32,000 nt of DNA from Telmatocola sphagniphila (GTDB lineage: Bacteria; Planctomycetota; Planctomycetia; Gemmatales; Gemmataceae). Each line of letters starts with the position of its first letter. Position 1 is the first letter of the stretch. A model generated the notes under the pieces. It did not search any database and had not been told where the DNA came from. It saw only the letters and a program-made list of their open reading frames with translations. Position numbers and translations under genes: made by a program. Location: assembly GCF_018398935.1 (NCBI RefSeq), contig NZ_CP074694.1:780001-812000 (forward strand), written 5' to 3'. This document shows, in pieces, positions 25,208-32,000 of this stretch.

Positions 25208-27319
25208 TTAAGCGCCGGCAATAATGACGCGGGGCCGTTTTTCCTCATTCGGTTCCGCTCGGCGAAGCAATTCCCGGACCATCCAGGGGATATTTCCTTC
25301 CCCGAACAATAAAAAGCCCAAGGTTCCGGTGAGCGGCCGTTCTTCGGTCCAGCCGAAGTGAATCTCTGGTGGGCGACCGTATTTAGCCATTTCCAGAGAA
25401 AGGGCAGCTAGAGTATGGGCTATCGAAGCGGCCCGGCTGATTTTCATCACATACCGGCCGTCTTCGAAACGAATTTCCAACGTCGGTTCCTGCAGAAACT
25501 CGCTGGCATCGAGCAGTACGACCTCCACGAATATTATGGTGATATCCCGGGGAATACGGTGCTCCTGCCGAATAGCGAGTTCCTTGCTGGCCAGACTGCG
25601 GCGACCTGGGCGGTGCGGCACCAAAACGGAAAGCTCAAGATGCTTAATGGTATCCCAGTAGAGTTTCGATTCCCCGTCGGGAATATAGAAACCGCTGAAA
25701 CGCAGTTCCCGGCTACGATAAACCCGGGAGGCAAAAGACGTCACCAGCACAGCCCCAATGAAGCAGCCTGCAATGTGCAAACCGACCGGTTTTTCCAGAA
25801 TAAGCGCCGCCGTAGTGTAGCAGAACACAATGGTAATGAGGAAAAAGGGCCAGGAGATTCGCTTGTACCAGGCCCCGTTTCGCTCTCGATAAATATCGAT
25901 CACTGCGGCCACGCACGCACTGGTAATCAGTACCAGCACGCCAGTCGCATAAGCATCACTCTGGGCATCCACATCCGCTTTGAAGATAAGTGTGACGACT
26001 AGGTTTATGAATGTGAATAACAACACGAGCGGCCGGATGGCCCGAGCCCATTCAGGCGCCATGCCGTACTTCGGTAGATACTGGGGCACCAGGTTTAACA
26101 GCCCCGCCATTGCCGAAGCTCCGGCGAACCAGAGAATCACGATGGTAAACATGTCGTAGATGGTGCCGAAAATATCCCCAAAAAACGGCGCCAGTTTCTC
26201 CCCATTCTCGGCGTGTGCCAGAAAAGCCAAAGCCCGGCCATCGGCGGCCGGCTTGATGCCTTTATCTTTGGCGTCGTCGTCCGAGAGTCGAACGCCGTTT
26301 TCATCCATCGCCAGGATCTGAATCGGTTCGATGAGCGTCGTGCAAACCAGCGAGGAGGCTAGTAGGAAAGCCGACATAACTACGGCGGCCGTTATCAGAA
26401 GCTTCTTGGTATTGCGGATCCGGCCGAACGGTTCCTCCGGGTTGTCGTCCTTATTTCCCTTGATGAGCGGCATCACGGCCACTCCAGTTTCGAAGCCGCT
26501 CAAACCGAGTGCCAACTTGGGGAACAGAATAATGCTGAGAATCAGAATGCTGAAAAAGCTCTTGGAACCTGTCCAGGGCTGTTCGAGATACCAGTTTCCT
26601 TCGTTAACCCGTTGCAGCCAGGTGGTGATTTTATCGGGATGTTCCGCTATATGAATGAGTCCGGACCCGACCACGATCAGGCTGAGAATCAGGTACCCCC
26701 CAACGAGGAAAACGGCGAGGCCTATGACCTCGCGAAAACCCTTCATGAACATGGCCCCGAGAAGCATCAGGAGAATCGAAGTGACGACCAACCGCTGTCG
26801 AATGTCGAAGCTTTGCTTGGCCTGTTCGAAGATCTTACTTTTATCTTCCTCCGAGGCTTCCCCGGGGGTTGACTGCGGGAGATTAAAATCGGAAGGCTTA
26901 TAGTTCAAGGGCCAGAAGGAGTTCTGGATCAAGTGTTCGGAAGCATCCGCCGCGGAAAGCGTCTTGGTAATAACGAAATCGGTGGCAGCAAAGCCGAGCA
27001 GTACGAGCACGAGAATCTTACCGGGCCAGCCGGGAACTAGCCGGGCGAGCATCCCGATCGAACCCTGACCGCTGTGCGATTTCCCGGCGACATAGCCGTA
27101 GACCGGCAAGGCTCCCAGGAGCGTCACCAGGACGAGCACAATCGTGGCGAAGGGGCCTAGCAATCCCGCATTTTTATAAGCGGTCGAGGGTTGATAAGCC
27201 AAGGTGCTGAAGTAATCCACACCGGTCAGACACATAACCCAAAGCCAAAAGCTCTGGTGTTCGGTCGGTTTGGGAGATCCAGGTACGGGAGTGCTCATCG
27301 ATGGCGGATGGGTTTCCAA
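25208..27319 (-). CDS. APC-superfamily permease with about 200-aa cytoplasmic C-terminal domain
   Basis: 703 aa with about 12 hydrophobic segments over the first 500 residues, followed by a soluble tail (RSRELRFSGFYIPDG...EIHFGWTEERPL). The family call is from overall look only and the substrate is unknown. Confidence 0.55.
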   Translation of the reverse strand: METHPPSMSTPVPGSPKPTEHQSFWLWVMCLTGVDYFSTLAYQPSTAYKNAGLLGPFATIVLVLVTLLGALPVYGYVAGKSHSGQGSIGMLARLVPGWPGKILVLVLLGFAATDFVITKTLSAADASEHLIQNSFWPLNYKPSDFNLPQSTPGEASEEDKSKIFEQAKQSFDIRQRLVVTSILLMLLGAMFMKGFREVIGLAVFLVGGYLILSLIVVGSGLIHIAEHPDKITTWLQRVNEGNWYLEQPWTGSKSFFSILILSIILFPKLALGLSGFETGVAVMPLIKGNKDDNPEEPFGRIRNTKKLLITAAVVMSAFLLASSLVCTTLIEPIQILAMDENGVRLSDDDAKDKGIKPAADGRALAFLAHAENGEKLAPFFGDIFGTIYDMFTIVILWFAGASAMAGLLNLVPQYLPKYGMAPEWARAIRPLVLLFTFINLVVTLIFKADVDAQSDAYATGVLVLITSACVAAVIDIYRERNGAWYKRISWPFFLITIVFCYTTAALILEKPVGLHIAGCFIGAVLVTSFASRVYRSRELRFSGFYIPDGESKLYWDTIKHLELSVLVPHRPGRRSLASKELAIRQEHRIPRDITIIFVEVVLLDASEFLQEPTLEIRFEDGRYVMKISRAASIAHTLAALSLEMAKYGRPPEIHFGWTEERPLTGTLGFLLFGEGNIPWMVRELLRRAEPNEEKRPRVIIAGA

Positions 27320-27496
27320 GGGGGGAGTTCATCACCGGTGTCATGCCGGGATTTCAACTTCCAAGATTCTCGAAATTATATGTTACAAGCAACATTCGGA
27401 GGGGGGAAACTTGCCCGGAGGGCAAAATTGGAATTAAACCTTGATAGAGTCAGGCTTTATAGTGCTAATCGGGAAATATTAAAATAAATTAATGAG

Positions 27497-28171
27497 ATGG
27501 ATTGGATCACCAAATTGGAGCTGTCGAAGCAATTGCTTTTACGAAGAACTAACCGCAAGAAGCTGACCGACTCCTTCAATGAGATTCCGACCTTCAGCGG
27601 CATCACCCCGCTGCCGCCCGTGGAAGCAGCCAGTTATTTCCAAAAGCTGGTTCCCTCGCTCGATAATCTCAATGTTCGGCTATTCGAAAATCAGATGCGT
27701 CGTCAGTCGATGACTCTCGCCGCGGCGACCGAGCAGACGCTTATTAAAAAAGTTCAGGAAGCGATCCAGACGGGGCTGGAATCGGGCGGCAAAGAGGCGA
27801 GCAAGTTCGATCTGAACACGATTCTGAGCGAGGCCGGAGTTACACCGAAGAATCCGCAGTACGCCGGAATGGTGTACCGTATCAACGCGATGGACTCGTA
27901 TAACGCGGGATTGCGAGCGGAATATCAGGCCCCGGATGTTAAGGCGTTCTTTCCGGTCTGGCAGTATCTCGGCATCGAGGACGGCCGTCAGGGATCGGAT
28001 CACTAGATCCATTTCAACAAGTTCTATCCGGCGGGGGCGAGCTTTGAGGATGTCCGGGGAGATCGACCGTTCAACTGCCGCTGCACTCCTCGACCGATCG
28101 ACAAGTACACCTGGGCGGAGATGGTGAAGCGCGGGGCGAGAGTCGAGACGAGCTGGGGGCTGGCGGTTTAG
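27497..28171 (+). pseudogene. solitary phage MuF / SPP1-gp7-like head-morphogenesis-domain gene interrupted by an in-frame TAG (28004-28006)
   Basis: The track ORF ends at 28006 with ...YAGMVYRINAMDSYNAGLRAEYQAPDVKAFFPVWQYLGIEDGRQGSDH*. The same frame continues as IHFNKFYPAGASFEDVRGDRPFNCRCTPRPIDKYTWAEM... to a TAG at 28169-28171. Together the two parts resemble the MuF core (NAG...W.Y....D.R.R..H.....F.......P.h.NCRC), so the stop falls inside the conserved domain. Confidence 0.6.
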
Positions 28172-28185
28172 GCGTCGGGCAAGAT

Positions 28186-29019
28186 TCAAATGCCAAAATC
28201 AGCCGATTTAGGTAATGGCATTTCGAAGACATCCTCGAGTTCTTCCCTAATAACAAGCACCCATTCATTGATAAATACCTGATATTTTCTCGCTATCGAT
28301 TGCAACGTGTCATCTTGATTGTGAGGTACAAAGCTTCGCGGATGATCGAATTTAATCTGATTCATAGCTCGTTTTGGGTCTACGCAAATCAGATGCTCAA
28401 ATGGAGGTTCGCGATACTGTCCAAGAACTACTGAATGGCGATGCTTAGTGGCATCGTGATATTCAATGATTGTCGATAAAAGCAGGTTATTCTTTGACCA
28501 ATGAGAACAAATCTTAGGGAACATTCTCGAACAGAACCGATGAATAGAAAATTTTTCGTTGTTCCTGCTTGGAGGATCAAAAAGATTGAGTGGATTAATC
28601 CGCTTTAGTTTAGCAGGATCGGTAATGTCTATGAACTCAGAAGGCCTGCGAAGGAACCCCAGAGCATTCAGCGCGTGCGCGAAACATTCCAAGGAAGAAT
28701 CCATGCCAAAAAAAAGAGTAGCAGCATAACTTTCCCAGACAATGTTCCAATCATTTGAACTTAGCGAAGTCTGAATATTCAAGGGGGGAGTAGTACCTAC
28801 TCCAAACTCGCTGAGATTTTCAAAATTTCTGTCAACAGAAAGAATTCGAGCTAACATACCTCGAATGGCATAACGATAAGTTAGAATCCAATTATCTACC
28901 TTCTTATACTTTTTATCGAAGTGAAGAACTCGACCAAAAGCGAACAACTGATCGCCAATTTGATAGGTTTCTTGGAAATCGAGAGCTTTACAGGCAAATC
29001 CAGCTTCCATGGCGATCAT
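28186..29019 (-). CDS. hypothetical protein, low-GC orphan (no family recognised)
   Basis: This 277-aa ORF is the only long ORF in a block of markedly lower GC. Hand-counted 60-nt samples at 28441 and 28801 are both 22/60 (37%), against 34-35/60 in the neighbouring genes. GGAG lies just upstream of the ATG pair at 29019/29010. There is no signal peptide or TM segment. Confidence 0.5.
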   Translation of the reverse strand: MIAMEAGFACKALDFQETYQIGDQLFAFGRVLHFDKKYKKVDNWILTYRYAIRGMLARILSVDRNFENLSEFGVGTTPPLNIQTSLSSNDWNIVWESYAATLFFGMDSSLECFAHALNALGFLRRPSEFIDITDPAKLKRINPLNLFDPPSRNNEKFSIHRFCSRMFPKICSHWSKNNLLLSTIIEYHDATKHRHSVVLGQYREPPFEHLICVDPKRAMNQIKFDHPRSFVPHNQDDTLQSIARKYQVFINEWVLVIREELEDVFEMPLPKSADFGI

Positions 29020-29321
29020 CTCCGACTAGAAATCTTCATTCGATTAATGACAGAGCTCGATTCAATAAAGTTCGGAACAAGTTGCAGACAACAAAATTAG
29101 GTTTTCCAAGTTTCAAGTTCCAGCTATTCCGAATTTTATTGGAACACTTGCCTGCTCACACTCCTCTCACCACATTTCACGGGACAACCCCGCCCGCCAT
29201 AATTGTTCTCCTTGGCCAACGAAATCCAAGCAAAACCAACCGCGACATTCGATGAACCGCTCCGGCTATTCAGCACAGGTGAGGTCGAGGAGTAAGACGA
29301 AATCCCGGGAGCACCCACCCA

Positions 29322-30074
29322 TCATCCTGGTTTTTTCTTCTGCTCCCCTAACAGTTTGCCTAAAGCTATGCGAAATTCGCGTTCTTTTCCTGCCTTCACG
29401 AGCGCCGCGTTAGCCTTCTCGAGCAGTTCCTTTTCCAGAGACGGTTTGATTTGTTTGACGAATTCCACCAGAGTATTACCCACCATTTTAGCCGCTTCGC
29501 CGCCCAGACCGAGGGTGTGTTCAACAGTCAGGTGATCGTAACCGACCTTTGCCTCCAGAATTTTGAATTTGACGTTAAGTTCTGGAATGAGGCCTTGGAA
29601 TTTCAGTTCGCTCCGCACTTCGCATTGCAGAATGGCCCCGACATCGCAGCGCGCTCGGGTTTCGCCGCTGTAGAGTTTTACGCCATCTTTCCAGATTTGC
29701 TGGAGAAAAGTCACTCGAATCGGGCCACGTACATTCACTTCGAAACGAGTAACTCCCGGCTCCGGAGAGACGACCTTATCCACCCCGACCACCAGAGTGT
29801 TTTGCAGATTCAAGCCCTCCACTTCGAGCCGCTTCCAGTTACCATCATTCTTCATTTTGGTTTCTTTGATCGGCGTCAGCGGATGCTTCGGATCGAACTT
29901 GATAGTGTCGAAGGCCTTCTGAGTTCCCCATTTGGTGTCTTTTACTAGTAGAGGAGTCGGCATCTTCTGCAAAAGGAGATTTCGCAACGCCTGTCCCATA
30001 GCAGCGGGATTCTCGGCGTTGAGCACCGGCGGCAATTGACAAAATTGAAAAGCCAGAAGGGCGTAGGCAATCAT
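29322..30074 (-). CDS. hypothetical secreted protein
   Basis: 250-aa ORF with a hydrophobic N-terminus (MIAYALLAFQFCQLPPVLNA), a beta-rich-looking middle and a Lys/Glu-rich C-terminal helix. GGAG lies 8 nt upstream. The gene sits 20 bp downstream of the nucleoside-hydrolase-like gene. Confidence 0.5.
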   Translation of the reverse strand: MIAYALLAFQFCQLPPVLNAENPAAMGQALRNLLLQKMPTPLLVKDTKWGTQKAFDTIKFDPKHPLTPIKETKMKNDGNWKRLEVEGLNLQNTLVVGVDKVVSPEPGVTRFEVNVRGPIRVTFLQQIWKDGVKLYSGETRARCDVGAILQCEVRSELKFQGLIPELNVKFKILEAKVGYDHLTVEHTLGLGGEAAKMVGNTLVEFVKQIKPSLEKELLEKANAALVKAGKEREFRIALGKLLGEQKKKPG

Positions 30075-30094
30075 ACGGAAGCTCCGGACACTAA

Positions 30095-31021
30095 CTAACT
30101 GCAGGTACTGAGCGTGCGTAGAATGTAGTCGCGTACGCCGACCACGTCAACATCCATCCCGAGGAGCACGTTCGGGGCACTGGCGGGGTTGGGGCGATTA
30201 TCCACGACCAGGGCACCGCGAGTTAATTCGCCGCGAGTTTCCACATCGACAAAATACCCATTCCAGTTGATGCAGGCCGGCAGAGCCAGAGCGGCAATTG
30301 CCAGCACATCCTTCAAATGGAACCCCTCGATGCCATAAAGATTGGAACTTGCCCGAATGCCGAAGGGGATGATCTGCCGGAGAAACTGGCAGGTGCCCGA
30401 ACGGGATGCCGGCAGTTCAAGCAGGTCCGAAGGACTGAAGATCAATTTGCGGGAGATATCCAGCGTCAGAAGTTGAATGGTCGCGCCGCTGTGCAGCACG
30501 ATTTTGGCCGCCGCGGGATCGCAGGCGAAATGAAACTCCGCGGCCGCGGTGGAATTGCCCGGTTCGAGCCAGGTTCCTCCCATAAGGACGATACTCTCGA
30601 TGAGGTTGGGCAGATCGGGATCGCGTTCAATCGCCCGCGCCAGAATCGTGGCGGGACCCATGCATAAAATGCGAAGTTCCTTGGGGTACTCCCTTACCAG
30701 TTCGTTCAGAAGTTTGTCCCCGGGCAACGGGGAGTGTAGGGATATGTCGGGAACGACGAAGCCGCCCAATCCTTCCGGGCCGTGCAATTCTTTGCCGTCG
30801 ATTTCGTAGTCCACCGGCAAAGCACCGCCCAGTCGCGGCCACTTCGGTGGATCGATTTGATTAATCAAGACCTGGACGTTTCGCGTGGCCTGAGCCGCGG
30901 AGATGTTCCCGGCGGTGGCAATAATGGCCACTACCTCGAATTCCGGATCGTGCAACGCCAAAGCGATTGCGAACGAAGTGTCGATTCCGGGGTCAGCAAT
31001 CAGAACGATTTTCTGGGGCAT
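30095..31021 (-). CDS. inosine/uridine-preferring nucleoside hydrolase (IUNH) family protein with non-canonical N-terminal motif
   Basis: The family pattern is present: VAIIATAGN, LCMGPATILA, VLMGGTW...GNSTAAAEFHFACDPAAAKIVL. However, the N-terminal DxDxxxDD signature reads IADPGIDTS and the AEFN motif reads AEFH. Confidence 0.7.
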   Translation of the reverse strand: MPQKIVLIADPGIDTSFAIALALHDPEFEVVAIIATAGNISAAQATRNVQVLINQIDPPKWPRLGGALPVDYEIDGKELHGPEGLGGFVVPDISLHSPLPGDKLLNELVREYPKELRILCMGPATILARAIERDPDLPNLIESIVLMGGTWLEPGNSTAAAEFHFACDPAAAKIVLHSGATIQLLTLDISRKLIFSPSDLLELPASRSGTCQFLRQIIPFGIRASSNLYGIEGFHLKDVLAIAALALPACINWNGYFVDVETRGELTRGALVVDNRPNPASAPNVLLGMDVDVVGVRDYILRTLSTCS

Positions 31022-31036
31022 GGCTATACCTCACAA

Positions 31037-32000
31037 TCACCGGCTATTCTGGAGATTTTTCAGAACAGCTTTGGCCTTGCCGCTCAAAATACTCTCAAGT
31101 GCGAGTTCAACACCATTAGACAAAGTTTTTACGCGTTGTGCAACAACCAGTGCAGCCGCCGCGTTCGCCAGCACAATTTGTCGATGGGGAATATCCTCCC
31201 CCGAAAGGATGCGTTCGATGATTTTCGCACTCTCGGCCGCATCCTGAATCTGAAACGTGGATAGTGGAAACCGCCTCAGTCCCAGGTCGCTGGGCTCGAT
31301 TTCCGAGGCCGGCGTACAAACTCGCTGGTGGATTTCCTGAATTCTCGTGGAATCACCCAATGTAATTTCGTCCAGCCCGTCCAGGCCGTGCAGAATCCAG
31401 ACTCGATCGAAATTCAGCTGTCGGCAAGCCTCGGCCAGTATGGCAATCGCTTTGAGTTCTCCCACGCCGATCAACTGGTAGGGGACCGAGGCGGGGTTCA
31501 GCAGTGGGCCGAGAAAATTAAAAAGCGTTCGAAATCCGAGCTTGCGACGGACCGGGGCGACGAATTTTAAAGCGGGATGAAAGCTCGGGGCGAAGCAGAA
31601 AGCCAGCCCGAACTCGTCTAGGCAGCGTTGCGACCAGTCCGGACCGGCTTGAATCGGCACGCCAAGAATCTCGAGGACATCCGAACTGCCGCTGCGCGAG
31701 GACGCGGAGCGATTGCCATGCTTGACGACCGGCACGCCCGCACCCGCCACCACCAGGGCGACGGCCGTACTGATGTTAAAAGTGCCGGAATGGTCGCCTC
31801 CGGTACCACAGGTATCCAGACATTTTCGACCTCGGCAATCGATCCTTAACATTTTTTCACGGAGCACGGTCGCCGCCTGAACCAGAATCTCAGCAATTTC
31901 GATGGGCTCGGCCCAGGTTTCAAAAAAGCGGAGTGCGGTCAGAAAGGAGGCTGCCGTGGCTTCGTCCACGCGGGCATCGGTGATGGAATCGAAGGCCGTT
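31037..32000 (-). CDS. trpD: anthranilate phosphoribosyltransferase, N-terminus cut by the window edge
   Basis: Motifs are DTCGTGGDHSGTFNISTAVALVVAGAGVPVVKHGNRSASSRSGSSDVLEILGV and FAPSFHPALK. The track starts at a GTG at 31969, but the frame stays open to 32000 (..TAFDSITDARVDEATAASFLTALR), so the gene begins outside the window. Confidence 0.85.
   Translation of the reverse strand, partial: TAFDSITDARVDEATAASFLTALRFFETWAEPIEIAEILVQAATVLREKMLRIDCRGRKCLDTCGTGGDHSGTFNISTAVALVVAGAGVPVVKHGNRSASSRSGSSDVLEILGVPIQAGPDWSQRCLDEFGLAFCFAPSFHPALKFVAPVRRKLGFRTLFNFLGPLLNPASVPYQLIGVGELKAIAILAEACRQLNFDRVWILHGLDGLDEITLGDSTRIQEIHQRVCTPASEIEPSDLGLRRFPLSTFQIQDAAESAKIIERILSGEDIPHRQIVLANAAAALVVAQRVKTLSNGVELALESILSGKAKAVLKNLQNSR

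Noticed and set aside
24472-25224. 250-aa plus-strand ORF inside hldE
   Set aside because: It is antisense to a clearly conserved hldE frame and has no motifs of its own, so it is a shadow ORF. The same reasoning applies to 25415..26002 (inside the permease), 27680..28189 (opposite the MuF-like gene), 2578..3000 and 2603..3004 (inside selB), and the 3853..4499 and 5532..5954 ORFs inside yidC.
27411-27425. Small perfect hairpin TTGCCC-gga-GGGCAA upstream of the MuF-like gene
   Set aside because: It has only a 6-bp stem and no U-tract. It lies in a divergent promoter region, which is too little evidence to call a terminator or regulatory RNA.
28004-28006. In-frame TAG read as pyrrolysine, or stop recoding linked to the nearby selenocysteine genes
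   Set aside because: SelA/SelB recode UGA, not UAG. No pyl genes are visible here, and I would not expect pyrrolysine decoding in this kind of genome. A simple nonsense mutation is the economical reading. The readthrough option stays open only as a check inside the finding.
27320-29321. tRNA gene, integrase or transposase marking the accessory stretch as a classical genomic island or prophage
   Set aside because: I looked in both flanking intergenic regions for T-arm/acceptor-like sequence (for example around 29290-29320) and found nothing that folds as a tRNA. No recombinase ORF exists in any frame. I therefore do not call a mobile element.
1-32000. CRISPR arrays, tandem repeats, IS elements, rRNA/tRNA genes
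   Set aside because: Reading through the window, I saw no regularly spaced direct repeats, terminal inverted repeats with a transposase, or structured RNA genes. The only repeat-like signals are the ones reported at 10.7 kb and 27.3-29.1 kb.

Overview
Chromosomal DNA of about 55% GC, densely coded, with domain architectures that suggest a Planctomycetota-like bacterium (taxonomy is inference only). I found no rRNA, tRNA, CRISPR array, transposase or integrase. Left to right: a selB-selA selenocysteine pair (selA runs off the left edge and is missing from the ORF track), gmhA, yidC, and three housekeeping or repair-type genes (AlkD-like, DinB-like, beta-lactamase-fold hydrolase). From about 8.8 to 14.8 kb lies a dense signalling locus. 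It holds a minus-strand operon (HisKA_3 kinase-like protein with a degenerate ATPase domain, NarL-type response regulator, single-domain receiver) facing a canonical LOV histidine kinase across a CTAG-rich repeat-bearing intergenic region. A Ser/Thr-kinase-REC-HD-GYP triple fusion follows the LOV kinase. Next come an M14 carboxypeptidase and agmatine deiminase. A 7.5-kb co-directional envelope cluster follows: hldE, a GT9 heptosyltransferase, two Kdo/WaaP-family kinase-like genes (one tandem and partly degenerate), a GT4 glycosyltransferase, and a PlsY-DUF4149-like fusion. After an APC-type permease, the only clearly accessory-looking stretch spans about 27.3-29.2 kb. It contains a solitary phage MuF/SPP1-gp7-like gene interrupted by an in-frame TAG, and a convergent family-less 277-aa gene at about 37% GC. 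Both are bounded by three similar CAAGWTTC-containing sequences. The window ends with a co-directional trpD / nucleoside-hydrolase-like (degenerate active-site motif) / secreted hypothetical gene run. The strongest candidates for something new are the light-sensing/c-di-GMP signalling locus and the low-GC orphan gene beside the MuF remnant. All functional assignments rest on motifs read by eye, and no database search was run.
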